From a virus, in the IMG/VR virus record IMGVR_UViG_3300023074_000001, positions 71,655 through 135,654 of that record: a DNA stretch of 64,000 bases; one strand, 5' to 3'. The notes beneath the pieces are model-generated. The model saw only the letters and a list, made by a program, of their open reading frames with translations. It made no database searches and was not told the origin of the DNA. Shown piece after piece: positions 15,089 to 24,905 of this stretch. The translations under genes and the position numbers were made by a program. The stretch's first letter is position 1. The number at the start of each line of letters is the position of its first letter.

Positions 15089-17152
15089 TCACCTGATGGG
15101 ACATGCTCCTGTAGCACATTCCTCATCGGTTGAATCCTCTACTACCTTGATACCTGTAGCCGCATCAAACTCTTCTTTAGTAAGTCGAGTATACGGTGCC
15201 TGCTCTCGGGTACCATCCACCATTATAGTAGTTCCCTTCAAGGTTGGCAAGTACTTCTTGATTATAGTCATCGCTTCATCTACTGAATATTTACCTTCAG
15301 GAACATTAGCAGTATAAGAAACTGCGTTATCTACATAGTTAGTCTGGTACATCTCCTGGAAAGCCAGCATGTCATCTAAGGTCAGCTCATCTTGAGATTC
15401 AACAATGTCCTCAGCGTTAAAGCCTAGGTTTTCCACTTCTTCGACTAGCTTTTCCTTAACCAGAGAAACTACAACCATAGTATTAGCAGAGTAAACACTA
15501 GGCTCTACACGATAGCCCTGATCGATATACTCTTGTAGCTTTTCCTTATGATTAATAGTAGAGAACTGAATACGACGCTCATAGTACTTAGCATAGATGC
15601 TCTGCGCGCCCTCAGGTGCACCCACTAGCTTAGCAATACTGCCTGTAGGAGCCATAGTAGTATTTTTCACCGGAGCCGGAATGCGGAGCTGGAATGAATA
15701 ATCCAAAGCTTCCTGCTTTACTACTTCATACATCTGACGAAGCAGGTTAGGGTAGAAATTACCTTTAGGAGCCTGACTATACTTGATGCCAAGCTTATTC
15801 AAGAATCCTTGTACGCCAAAATGGCCTACGCCGATTCGTCTGTTTTTATTTACCATGTCCTGTTGTTTGGGATCAGCTTTATCACCAAAGGATGCACGGA
15901 TAAGGAAACGAGTCATAAGCTGGTGAGCCTGAATCATTCCTTGAATATCGTAGAAGCCGCCGTGCTCTTTCTTCGGCGCAAAGGCGTCCATATTTACGTG
16001 ACCGAGAATACAGGCTTCCCACTCTTGAAGAGTAATTTCGCCACAAGGATTGGTACATACTACTTCTGCTATTTCACCATGCTGGGAAAGTGAGTGATTC
16101 CAGAAACCGGGCTCTCCATTATCGAGCATTCCTCTAACCGCAGCTTTATAAACTAATTTAGCTTGCATAGATTGAGGAGAATTACCGGAACCTTCTTCGG
16201 CAACATACTCAATAAACTGATCATCGATTACTACAGAAATGTTGGTAGTCCAGTGCTTACCAGAATCCTTTTTGCAGTTGATGAATTCAAAAATGTAAGG
16301 ATCATCCCATGCAACCATAGACATACGAGCTGATCTGCGGTTTCCACCAGATACGACACACATAGCCATCGAATGATCGATTTCCATCATATCAATAGGG
16401 TTAAGCTTCTCACCAGTAGAGGCTCGCTTATTGATGATTTCAGAAATTTCCTGCATCATAACAGCAAAAGGCAATGGACCTGATGCTGTACCACCAAACG
16501 ATACTAGAGGGCGACCCTCCTCGCGTACACCTGTAACATTGTATACGCGATCGTAATGCTTTACGTCATCGATAAAATATGTGTTAATAAGATCACACAA
16601 ACCTTCGGACCAACCTTCACGGCTATCTCCGATCTGAAATGCTCCTGCCCACTCATGAGAGAACTCTGTAGAAATAATACCAGCAGCTAGCATTTTCTCA
16701 TAATCAGGGTGGCTAGGATCGCAGACAATATGAACCTTCAATTCACGCTTAGGAGCCTCGTATCTATCAATATACTTAGTAGAGTAGTTAGTGCCTACTC
16801 CTCCACCCTCCATTAGGCGCATGAAAGTAAAATCGAAATGATCGGTTAATTTCGCATTCCAGTGGCTGACGTGGCAGTTGAATAAAAACTGGCGTCCCTG
16901 GACACCTGAGGCCCACAGATGACGCCCTCCAGGGATGATCTGGAAGTTGTCCATCATCTCCTTGAGCATATCATATTCGAGCTGAACCTTATCGTTCCAT
17001 TTATCAGGACTACCATAGACTAAACCTAGATTACCCTTGATGACACGATCTGTTGTCTGGAACCAAGTTTCCTTACTTCCATCAGGATTAGTCCTCGCAT
17101 AAGACCTATCAAAAACTACTTCTCCACTCGGACCCCAATTAGGTTTATTCAT
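15089..17152 (-). CDS. nrdJ: class II (adenosylcobalamin) ribonucleotide reductase
   Basis: PGGRHLW; LFNC; EGGGVG; GGTASGP; TNPCGEI; APTGS; C-terminal ECATGACPIR; no small subunit nearby. Confidence 0.92.
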   Translation of the reverse strand: MNKPNWGPSGEVVFDRSYARTNPDGSKETWFQTTDRVIKGNLGLVYGSPDKWNDKVQLEYDMLKEMMDNFQIIPGGRHLWASGVQGRQFLFNCHVSHWNAKLTDHFDFTFMRLMEGGGVGTNYSTKYIDRYEAPKRELKVHIVCDPSHPDYEKMLAAGIISTEFSHEWAGAFQIGDSREGWSEGLCDLINTYFIDDVKHYDRVYNVTGVREEGRPLVSFGGTASGPLPFAVMMQEISEIINKRASTGEKLNPIDMMEIDHSMAMCVVSGGNRRSARMSMVAWDDPYIFEFINCKKDSGKHWTTNISVVIDDQFIEYVAEEGSGNSPQSMQAKLVYKAAVRGMLDNGEPGFWNHSLSQHGEIAEVVCTNPCGEITLQEWEACILGHVNMDAFAPKKEHGGFYDIQGMIQAHQLMTRFLIRASFGDKADPKQQDMVNKNRRIGVGHFGVQGFLNKLGIKYSQAPKGNFYPNLLRQMYEVVKQEALDYSFQLRIPAPVKNTTMAPTGSIAKLVGAPEGAQSIYAKYYERRIQFSTINHKEKLQEYIDQGYRVEPSVYSANTMVVVSLVKEKLVEEVENLGFNAEDIVESQDELTLDDMLAFQEMYQTNYVDNAVSYTANVPEGKYSVDEAMTIIKKYLPTLKGTTIMVDGTREQAPYTRLTKEEFDAATGIKVVEDSTDEECATGACPIR

Positions 17153-17274
17153 GTAAAACTCCCTGATAGATAGAAGAAGACCCCAACAGAAACCTGTTGA
17201 GGCCAACGTTAGTTGTTATTATTGAATCGGACCTTGACACGAACTTTCAGCGTCAAATCCAAGAATGTGGGATA

Positions 17275-17517
17275 CTACTTTTTGTTGATGTTAGCGAACA
17301 CTCCAGGCCAAAATAGTGTAGCAGTAATAAAGATTACTAGTTTAGGGTTTTTTACTTTTAGCCCCAACAACTGAATAAGTTTTTCTTGCTCTTGCCTGTC
17401 CTCAGAATGCTCAAGACACTCTTTTTCAGTAAGAGAAAAAGATAACATTGTGATTCCTGCAAGTATGAGGCCAACAGCAAGATACATTGCTAGGGCTAAG
17501 CTTAGAGTAGTCAGCAA
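17275..17517 (-). CDS. small membrane protein
   Basis: Two hydrophobic segments, YLAVG..FWP pattern. Confidence 0.55.
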   Translation of the reverse strand: MLTTLSLALAMYLAVGLILAGITMLSFSLTEKECLEHSEDRQEQEKLIQLLGLKVKNPKLVIFITATLFWPGVFANINKK

Positions 17518-17523
17518 GGAAAA

Positions 17524-17703
17524 TTACTTTCCGTCTCGGGTTCGGGTACCATCATCGTTAATAAGCGCATGATTACTTCTTGTGCCACGTTTGTGATCGA
17601 TTACATCAAAATCACCGTTAGGATAACTGATCTGAGTCTTATTTTTCGTTACGGTGATTTCAGTACCATTAGGTCCCTTGTAAATCTTTTTTCTAGAAAA
17701 CAT
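17524..17703 (-). CDS. 59-aa hypothetical protein (MFSRKKIYKGPNG...)
   Basis: Manual translation; GAAAG upstream; co-oriented with neighbours. Confidence 0.45.
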   Translation of the reverse strand: MFSRKKIYKGPNGTEITVTKNKTQISYPNGDFDVIDHKRGTRSNHALINDDGTRTRDGK

Positions 17704-18018
17704 AAAGTTATCTTTCTCGTTAATTTTTATAAGTTTGAGGGCTCAAGGTGTCCTCGATATCCTCTCCCGTATGCAACACCGCCTATGCGGACCAACATCT
17801 TGTTCGAGAAGATCACCCACAGTTACCTTGAGCTTTACCCTGGTCGCGGCACTCTGTTCCCACCAGGATTCGGTTAGATGGCCTTTGAGTGTTTATCCAT
17901 CCATAGCTTAATCCGAAAGCGTCTAAATACTAGCCACGACGGGGAATCCTTGTCTGCTAGCATTCGGTTCGACCTTAACCCCGTTTCCCCAACGAGTCAG
18001 TCGGCTACACCGAAAGCG

Positions 18019-18090
18019 TGCCTACCGGAGGTTTCGATCCCCCGACTCCTGGACTTCACTCAGGTACGTTCCCTATTACGCTAGGTAGGC
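18019..18090 (-). tRNA. tRNA-Phe(GAA), atypical T-loop
   Basis: GCCTACC/GGTAGGC; CCTG-AGTGAAGTC-CAGG; T-loop ATCGAAA. Confidence 0.75.
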
Positions 18091-18102
18091 ATTATTACTG
18101 CG

Positions 18103-18177
18103 TCCTCGCAGATGGATTTGAACCATCGACCGTTCGTGTATCAGACGAATGCTCTAACCAGACCGAGCTATACGAGG
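18103..18177 (-). tRNA. tRNA-Ile(GAT)
   Basis: CCTCGTA/TGCGAGG; TTCGT-CTGATAC-ACGAA; GATGG-TTCAAAT-CCATC. Confidence 0.93.
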
Positions 18178-18247
18178 TTGTTATCTTTTAGGCCCAGAGG
18201 GAGATGAAGGTGTTGCTGGTCTGGGTTTAGAAGTATTATCTTTCACG

Positions 18248-18320
18248 CTCTCACAATAGGATTCGAACCTATAACCTTGGAGTTAACAGCTCCCTGCTCA
18301 GCCAATTGAGCTATGCGAGA
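18248..18320 (-). tRNA. tRNA-Asn(GTT)
   Basis: TCTCGCA/TGTGAGA; GGAG-CTGTTAA-CTCC; ATAGG-TTCGAAT-CCTAT. Confidence 0.93.
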
Positions 18321-18356
18321 TTGATGTAAGGACTTACTTGATTTGCCTTACTGTGT

Positions 18357-18385
18357 ACTCTACTCGTCTTACCTTTAATTGTCAA
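18357..18385 (-). promoter_or_regulatory. promoter for the Asn-Ile-Phe tRNA cluster
   Basis: TTGACA-17-TAGAGT on the minus strand. Confidence 0.75.
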
Positions 18386-18753
18386 CCCCTGCTTGAAACA
18401 TTTATCAAGCTATCGGGCTACTGTGGTATCCATCGTGTTTGTACATCTATTACTCTAACAGATCCTCGTGCTGGTGTCAAATTTCCCTGGGCTTAGGCAT
18501 AGTGCCGGTACGGTGACACCAACTTTGATGCTTCTCGCCTGCTCGTGCTAGGCAAGTTGAACATAAATCATTTGGATTCATTTCTTCTTCCTTCGCTCAA
18601 GGGCTTTTCTAATCATTCGCTCCTGAAGTTCGGGAGAACCTCTTAGCATAGCCTTGGAGGCTGCTTTACTATCTCCCTTTTTGACAGCCGCAGCATACTC
18701 ATCTAATACACCAAGATCGTTAATAGCTTTTTCAGCTTCATGCCAGCCCATAT

Positions 18754-19140
18754 TCAATCAGGCCAAACTAGCTGAGGTTCGATTACTTCTACCTTACCAT
18801 CTTTTACTCGAAGACGCCAGATGTCAGGTACATTAGAATCATGACCTTCACCGATAATATGCAAAAAGCCTGTATACTGCCTCTTTGGTCCTAGCAAATC
18901 TACTAGCGCTTGCAAGTCTTCGATAAGAGTATACGCCTTATATGGGTCGTCGGTCGAAGGAAGAATTGAATCAATTTCGTCTTCAGGATAGGCGACATCC
19001 CCAAAGCTTTCAAGTTGCACATCTTTATCAACATAGTTCTGATTAGGTTCGTTGATAACGAACCCTGAATCTTTTACTTCTGCGTATGTTATAGCGGGGC
19101 TAAAGACAATCCTGCCACTGACTCTAGATAAATATCCCAT
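18754..19140 (-). CDS. actinophage-type hypothetical protein (DUF6205-like)
   Basis: MGYLSRV.G.I.F.P..GEG..DIWRL.VKDG..PQLVWP. Confidence 0.7.
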   Translation of the reverse strand: MGYLSRVSGRIVFSPAITYAEVKDSGFVINEPNQNYVDKDVQLESFGDVAYPEDEIDSILPSTDDPYKAYTLIEDLQALVDLLGPKRQYTGFLHIIGEGHDSNVPDIWRLRVKDGKVEVIEPQLVWPD

Positions 19141-19463
19141 TACTGTTCCATGAACCCCATTCTATCAAACTGCTGATCATCCATGATTTCACCCTCGCCA
19201 TCAGCATAGACTACAACCCAACACCCAGGATCGACCTCCTGATCATCTCCCCAAGCCTCAAACTGAAGAACATAATAACCTGGGTTGGCATGGGTCTTTC
19301 CTGAGTAATTATTAAAATAAGACTCAACATGACTTCGATAAACGCATGGGTCACCATCGAGATCATCTTCTACAATACCTTTGAGGAGCCACTTCATCTG
19401 CTGGATATTTTCTCCATCCCAGCGAACAGCTCGGACATGGATAGTTGTTACAAAATCAAACAC
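19140..19463 (-). CDS. hypothetical protein
   Basis: V.AV.WDGEN motif; coupled to neighbours. Confidence 0.65.
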   Translation of the reverse strand: MFDFVTTIHVRAVRWDGENIQQMKWLLKGIVEDDLDGDPCVYRSHVESYFNNYSGKTHANPGYYVLQFEAWGDDQEVDPGCWVVVYADGEGEIMDDQQFDRMGFMEQ

Positions 19464-19664
19464 TTAAGCTCCTTCAATTTCGCCTGGGTGGCCTGGACAC
19501 CACGTATTGCCTTCGTTTACTTGATGATTATCGTGAGCTAATGCAGGTCTGACCAGATGTTCAGGCCAAAACTTTATACTTCGCTCAGCAAACTCACACC
19601 AAGGCCATGGTTGCCCAGGCCAGGGCCACTTTTCTTCATACTGCACAATTGCTTTTGCCATCAA
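19464..19664 (-). CDS. hypothetical protein
   Basis: Start overlaps the Pnkp stop; C..H..H..WCPG. Confidence 0.55.
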   Translation of the reverse strand: MMAKAIVQYEEKWPWPGQPWPWCEFAERSIKFWPEHLVRPALAHDNHQVNEGNTWCPGHPGEIEGA

Positions 19665-20578
19665 AAATCACCAGGAGCGACCTGGAAAGTATTCAGACCC
19701 AGCTTGCGCCACATACGGACAACCTGGTCACGGTCATCCAGCACGTACTTGACATGAAACTTATCTCGTACGTGAGTATTGAACAGTTCGTGCTTTACCA
19801 GGTCATCTCTACGGTTGTCACCTTCTGCTCGCATAAACAGGTGAAAATTGTGACCCAGTTCCTTGATCAGCCATGTGTTCGTCACATCGTAGCACGAACC
19901 ATCGCGACCTGACATGACAACAATAGCGTGTCCTGCCAGAACAGCGCTGTTTACAGCATCAATTACTGCTGCAACAGGAGTATCCTCGCCGACTCGCTTC
20001 CAGTCGTACGGAGAACGATCAGACATTTTAGCCAGGGTACCATCAATGTCAACAATAACAACAGAAGGCAGCTCAGTAGGATTGCTGTACGGTTCGACTA
20101 CCAGTTCAGGAACATCAGGAATAGGCAGAGGTAGGCTACGACCCTTGATGTAGCGATCATGCATCCCTCGGATAACCTTTTCACCGACAGCCTGACTCAA
20201 GTTACTTTCTCCTGCATTCCTGCGAGCTTCGTCACGGTGCAGGCATTCTTCCAGAGACACATCAGTGAAATCCTGGAAAACAATTTCGGCATCATGCTTA
20301 CGAGCAATCAACATCAGAGTTTTGACGCCGCGAGCAAAAAAATTGGTGTCATCGACGACAACATTGTGACCTGCGGCTAGAGCCTTGTCAACTGCACCAT
20401 GCTGAGCTGCGGTAACCATGTCCTCCTGAGGAGGAGACAGTACCGGCTTACCGAACATCATCTGTCGGAAATCATCACGGTTGCACCGGATGAAACTTGG
20501 GTCCGATTCTACCAGCTTACGCGCCCAGGTGCTCTTGCCAGAAGCAGGAAGACCTCGGGTCAGGATCATCTTTGTCAT
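19661..20578 (-). CDS. pnk: polynucleotide 5'-kinase/3'-phosphatase (T4 PseT-like), leaderless
   Basis: GLPASGKST; NRDDFR; VDIDGT; SGR; DDRDQV; TTGACA-17-TAGGCT 7 nt before the ATG. Confidence 0.93.
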   Translation of the reverse strand: MTKMILTRGLPASGKSTWARKLVESDPSFIRCNRDDFRQMMFGKPVLSPPQEDMVTAAQHGAVDKALAAGHNVVVDDTNFFARGVKTLMLIARKHDAEIVFQDFTDVSLEECLHRDEARRNAGESNLSQAVGEKVIRGMHDRYIKGRSLPLPIPDVPELVVEPYSNPTELPSVVIVDIDGTLAKMSDRSPYDWKRVGEDTPVAAVIDAVNSAVLAGHAIVVMSGRDGSCYDVTNTWLIKELGHNFHLFMRAEGDNRRDDLVKHELFNTHVRDKFHVKYVLDDRDQVVRMWRKLGLNTFQVAPGDF

Positions 20579-20662
20579 GTTCAGTAGCCTAACTCATGTG
20601 GGCTGTGTTGTCAACCTCGACCGATTAATGCCTATAAACTATCTTTGTAAGGAGGAGTAACC

Positions 20663-21688
20663 ATGTCAAATGGTGACTTAGACGACGAACCCCTTGAAAG
20701 ATCAGACTCGTCTGCCAGAATTGTGTGGCGTAGACTTATGCGCTATAACAATTCTGGATTAGGTAGTAAGGGACCTCAAGGAGATGCTGGCCCTCAAGGA
20801 GCAACTGGCCCTAAAGGTGATAAGGGTACGGCAGGAAAAGATGGAACTAATGGGGCTACGGGCCTGGATGGCTCTGATGGAAAATCTGCATTCGATATTG
20901 CTAAAATGCATGGATTTGCTGGAAGTGAAGCCCAATGGGTTGAATCACTTCAAGGTGAACAAGGAACTACAGGGCCTAAGGGTAGCACAGGTGCTACCGG
21001 CGCGAAAGGTGATAAGGGAGACCAAGGAGATCCTGGTCCTCGCGGCGCGCAGGGTGATCAAGGTATTCAAGGCGAACAAGGCTTGATGGGCCCAGTAGGG
21101 CCTGTAGGCTTACAGGGTACACCAGGTTTAACTGGTCCGCAAGGTATTCAAGGAATAAAAGGTGATAAGGGTGATCCCGGCGCAGCAGGATTAATAGGTG
21201 CTCCCGGCTTGAAAGGTGACCAGGGAATTCAAGGACCTAAAGGCGATACCGGAGCTACTGGATCTCAAGGAGTTCAGGGTCCTCAAGGATTAAAGGGTGA
21301 CCAAGGTATTCAAGGCCCTAAGGGTGACATAGGCCCGCAGGGTATTCAAGGAATAAAGGGCGATCAGGGCGTAACGGGAGCTACAGGAGCCACCGGAGCA
21401 AAAGGTGATACTGGAAATAATGCCACAGTGCAATTAGAAGTTGGAGCTGCCGCTATTCCTGCACTATTGTTGGGTGCCTCAACTACTGTCAACGTTACAT
21501 TGTCTGGCACATTTCCAGACACTAATTACCAGGTTAAGCCGGTAGCTATTGCGGGTACTAGCATTCTCAGTATGATTCAGATAACTAACATAGTAAAATC
21601 CGTTGGCTCTGTATCGGTAACAATCAAAGCCAACGGATTAGCGTCTGGGGCGGGAGTTCTTATTGTTAATGCCTACAGAAGTGCGTAG
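20663..21688 (+). CDS. collagen-like fibre protein
   Basis: Long Gly-X-Y repeats; GKSAFDIA..GF.G.E..W..SL.G motif; AGGAGG RBS. Confidence 0.88.
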   Translation: MSNGDLDDEPLERSDSSARIVWRRLMRYNNSGLGSKGPQGDAGPQGATGPKGDKGTAGKDGTNGATGLDGSDGKSAFDIAKMHGFAGSEAQWVESLQGEQGTTGPKGSTGATGAKGDKGDQGDPGPRGAQGDQGIQGEQGLMGPVGPVGLQGTPGLTGPQGIQGIKGDKGDPGAAGLIGAPGLKGDQGIQGPKGDTGATGSQGVQGPQGLKGDQGIQGPKGDIGPQGIQGIKGDQGVTGATGATGAKGDTGNNATVQLEVGAAAIPALLLGASTTVNVTLSGTFPDTNYQVKPVAIAGTSILSMIQITNIVKSVGSVSVTIKANGLASGAGVLIVNAYRSA

Positions 21689-21901
21689 GTTTTCAGGAAT
21701 ACCACGCCTGTTCAGTTCTGCATCGATAGCTAGAGCAAACCATAAAGTAGTCTGTCCTGCTTGTGACGGAGGAGCCGCACCCTTTTCTCCTGCCGTATGA
21801 AATGTGTTGTTATCAAGGGATTCAGCAACTTTATCGAATCCCTTGATAACATTGTTCCATGTAGTAATCAGTGTTGCTGTATCAGTATTGATAAAGTTCA
21901 T
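21638..21901 (-). CDS. hypothetical protein
   Basis: GGAAGG RBS; start overlaps the upstream gene. Confidence 0.5.
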   Translation of the reverse strand: MNFINTDTATLITTWNNVIKGFDKVAESLDNNTFHTAGEKGAAPPSQAGQTTLWFALAIDAELNRRGIPENLRTSVGINNKNSRPRR

Positions 21902-22544
21902 GGCGCACCTTCCTCAGCCAATTATCAATTGGTACAGGATTAGGAACCTCTGGCAATACACACGGTGCGTTGTTAAACATTTCTTTGTACAGAGCTAAGG
22001 TGTCTGTGGCAAGTTGTAGATTACCCGCTGCAATCTCTTCACCAAAATCGATGAACTTCTGCGGCTCAGCTAGTCTCACAGAATAGGTTCCTGTCGTATA
22101 CAACTCATAACCCTGATGCAGCAGACGAAACATATGACGTGCCTGCTTCGGCTTGCTAGACGCAGTTAGCTCTTTAAGTTGTTCAGTAGCATAACCTATA
22201 TAGGAGTTGCGTACGTACTTGCGAGATAAAAAGTTATTTCTCAGTTCTACAAGTTCTGTACCTAAAACTGTGCGAACGTTATAATCTTTAATCCACAGCA
22301 AATCTAGGACGGTAGGATTGCACTTGAGAGCGAGCCTGCAATACTTGCCTACTTCATGATAAGTAGTGTCAGGATTCTTGAAAACAAAAGATTCCTGAAC
22401 TGTACCCATACCATGAAACATTATAGTAGGGGCCGCGTAAATCCCAAGGAAATCTTCGTCGGAATGTTCATTATGGAGCCCGAAGGCTCGGGAGCCAACA
22501 CGAGCTTTTAACAACGTGTTGGCTCCCGGGTTAACTATCATCAT
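21882..22544 (-). CDS. DNA polymerase beta superfamily nucleotidyltransferase (Nuc-transf/RlaP-like)
   Basis: GSRAFGL...SDED..G; CNP; GYA; H.FRLL. Confidence 0.85.
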   Translation of the reverse strand: MMIVNPGANTLLKARVGSRAFGLHNEHSDEDFLGIYAAPTIMFHGMGTVQESFVFKNPDTTYHEVGKYCRLALKCNPTVLDLLWIKDYNVRTVLGTELVELRNNFLSRKYVRNSYIGYATEQLKELTASSKPKQARHMFRLLHQGYELYTTGTYSVRLAEPQKFIDFGEEIAAGNLQLATDTLALYKEMFNNAPCVLPEVPNPVPIDNWLRKVRHELYQY

Positions 22545-22697
22545 GCTATTAGTTCCTTAATATGCCCACACCGGCATTCATAAATTTTAATATCGATAGT
22601 AGGCGGCATAAACGGGTAAAAGAAAAGTAGAGTCAAGTACTTAAGGGGATTAGCCTTTGACTCTACTTTCACAAACTTATGCCAATGAATATGAAAC

Positions 22698-23786
22698 TTA
22701 GTCGGCATCGTTGGACACCTTTACAGGAGAATAATCATGCTTAGGCTTACAACGACGCAACCACTCTGGACGAATGTTCTTACCATCGTAAAGATTAAAC
22801 AGAGCCCAAGCATAGTTATGATCCTTTGCCTTCATAGCAAATTCCTTCTTGCTCGGGTTGACTCCAATTTCAGTAAGAATTCGATCATAGCTGATGCAGC
22901 AATACTCTACAAACTCATCAACCTCAGTATCAATGTCGTCCTGAACTCCGCGAACAAAGCCGTGGAACTCATCCGGTACCTTCTCGATAAGTTCATCAAC
23001 AGTACCATCTACCATAGCCTGCCACACAGAACGAGCATTCAGTCCTGTAACAATACGGTGAAGTGCGATGTAATCCTCCTGCTTAATCTTGACACGAACA
23101 TCATGATTGTACAGGTTGACAACAAAGCCTTCCTTACCTGCGCGTGGAGGTGCCTCTAGTGCCTCTCGAAAAGTAGTGTACGGAAAAGACTCAGCCTTAG
23201 GTCCGGGCCAACTCCAATCCAGTACACCAGCATCCCAGTTGTCGCCGGTTGAGATATCTACTGAAGCCAGAAGAATTAAATCATCCATGTCGCCGTAATC
23301 ACACACAATACGGTTCTCGGGATAGATAATTTCAAACAACAGAGTAATACCCTTAGGAGGAACATAATTTGCGTACTTGGTACGGAACAACTTAGTAGCA
23401 TGGATAGCCTGCTCGGAAGCGAAACTACCGCGAGTAGCAATAGCGTATTCACCACTCAGAGGTTCACGATACAAAATACCCAGGGAACCATCCATCTTGT
23501 CAGAAACAACAGCAGGCTCATCAAGATCGATAGTAGGACAACCTACCTGGCCGTAGTTGAAGAACTTAGGTAGCGGACGAGCAACAATCCAATTGAAGGC
23601 ATCCACAATAAGCCCACGACAATTCATGGTGACCTTATTCCAAACACCGTCGAATGCTGCTTTTTCGGTGTAGTTAAGGATAAACAGTTCAGGATTGTCA
23701 GGGTGAGTATTAACACGGACATAGCCCTGCTCAAGCATGTTAGCAAATGCATCCTCTCGAAAGAGGATGTTAGTGTGATCCTTCAT
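22698..23786 (-). CDS. RNA ligase (T4 Rnl1-like)
   Basis: CRGLI; PKFFN; K(M)DGS motif I; ATRGSF; FEII; EGFVV; VKIK. Confidence 0.92.
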   Translation of the reverse strand: MKDHTNILFREDAFANMLEQGYVRVNTHPDNPELFILNYTEKAAFDGVWNKVTMNCRGLIVDAFNWIVARPLPKFFNYGQVGCPTIDLDEPAVVSDKMDGSLGILYREPLSGEYAIATRGSFASEQAIHATKLFRTKYANYVPPKGITLLFEIIYPENRIVCDYGDMDDLILLASVDISTGDNWDAGVLDWSWPGPKAESFPYTTFREALEAPPRAGKEGFVVNLYNHDVRVKIKQEDYIALHRIVTGLNARSVWQAMVDGTVDELIEKVPDEFHGFVRGVQDDIDTEVDEFVEYCCISYDRILTEIGVNPSKKEFAMKAKDHNYAWALFNLYDGKNIRPEWLRRCKPKHDYSPVKVSNDAD

Positions 23787-23797
23787 GGTGTTACTCC

Positions 23798-24106
23798 TCA
23801 CCTAGCGATTTGTGTACCAAGCACCACCCAACGAAGGTCATCGCCTGTGAGTGTTACTAGGTCTGAATGTCTACGGTCATCTTGACCCTGTTCGATGCTT
23901 ACTCCGGCAGAGCCTACCACAACAGGTGTGAATCTCCAAACGCCGTCCTCATCGCGTCGAACTCGCAGAAGCGTACCATCTGATACTGCCAGAATCAAGC
24001 TGTCTGAGGGGGTGTCAAGATAAACATTGAACTCCTCTGCGGGAAAGCTCGTCCCGTCAATCTCAATAAGATCATCGCTTGCACCATAAATTGTTAATTC
24101 ATCCAT
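23798..24106 (-). CDS. hypothetical protein
   Basis: IYGASDDLIEIDG motif; in operon context. Confidence 0.7.
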   Translation of the reverse strand: MDELTIYGASDDLIEIDGTSFPAEEFNVYLDTPSDSLILAVSDGTLLRVRRDEDGVWRFTPVVVGSAGVSIEQGQDDRRHSDLVTLTGDDLRWVVLGTQIAR

Positions 24107-24302
24107 CAGTTCCCAATCTTATTACTGTGTGAGTTCCTTCACTGATCCACCGGTTTACTTGCGTATCACCGTAAAAGGGGCAAGCCCAGCCTTCAGTACC
24201 TATCCAGTATTCTTCAAAATCTCGATAGCCAACTTCACGACGCTTCTTAATGTAGGCCATTTTATTAGAGGCAACCACAGTACCTACAGGATATTCACTC
24301 AT
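24099..24302 (-). CDS. hypothetical protein
   Basis: Coupled to neighbours. Confidence 0.55.
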   Translation of the reverse strand: MSEYPVGTVVASNKMAYIKKRREVGYRDFEEYWIGTEGWACPFYGDTQVNRWISEGTHTVIRLGTDG

Positions 24303-24560
24303 TGGTAAACTTCTTCGCCTCCTTGAAAAGGTGCTGAAACGGAGCTAGCAACTCCATTTTTACAGTTGGCACATGCTTATAATCGTAGCGAATAGCAAAA
24401 TAAAGTAGGGTCAAACCTATAGGAAATACGGTCAAAAAGTAAATTAAGGTTTCCATGCCATGAGTTTAACACACCAGAAGTTGCTGGTCAACTAGCTTTA
24501 TGTCTCTAGTTCATATAGTGAAATTGCCGATAACCTCTTATGAATTAATAAGGAGGCAAG

Positions 24561-24905
24561 ATGGAAGAAACACTATACGAAGGATTAGCCATAGGCGGGC
24601 CTATGGATGGTCGTGAAATAGAGAGTCGATTCCCGGGCGGCGTACTGTTTATCAGTAAGGCGACAAATAAGTGCTGGCTTTATGACTACTATGCAGAATC
24701 TGCAAGATACATTGCACGTCCTGCAAGTTATGATGCTGTATGGGATCAAATGGGCGACGAACAGAAAATGAAGGTTCTTCAGGAAACTGTTCTTTCCGGC
24801 GTAGATCCTACCAGAGAATTAGATTATGAATCTCGTCTTGCAGCAGCAGAAAGCTTCAACACCGAGGTTCGAGCCTTACCTGATGAGGCTAGGGAGGTTG
24901 TATAA
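24561..24905 (+). CDS. hypothetical protein (GGP.DG motif)
   Basis: AAGGAGG RBS; GCCGATAA upstream. Confidence 0.7.
   Translation: MEETLYEGLAIGGPMDGREIESRFPGGVLFISKATNKCWLYDYYAESARYIARPASYDAVWDQMGDEQKMKVLQETVLSGVDPTRELDYESRLAAAESFNTEVRALPDEAREVV

Noticed and set aside
17153-17275. Cobalamin riboswitch or NrdR box before nrdJ
   Set aside because: Only short hairpins; no B12-box or convincing NrdR consensus
9803-18320. HDV-like (theta) ribozymes at tRNA 3' ends
   Set aside because: I could not find the nested double-pseudoknot pattern after the tRNA ends I inspected; not excluded without a descriptor search
20760-21420. Repetitive DNA as a tandem repeat element
   Set aside because: Explained by Gly-X-Y collagen codons
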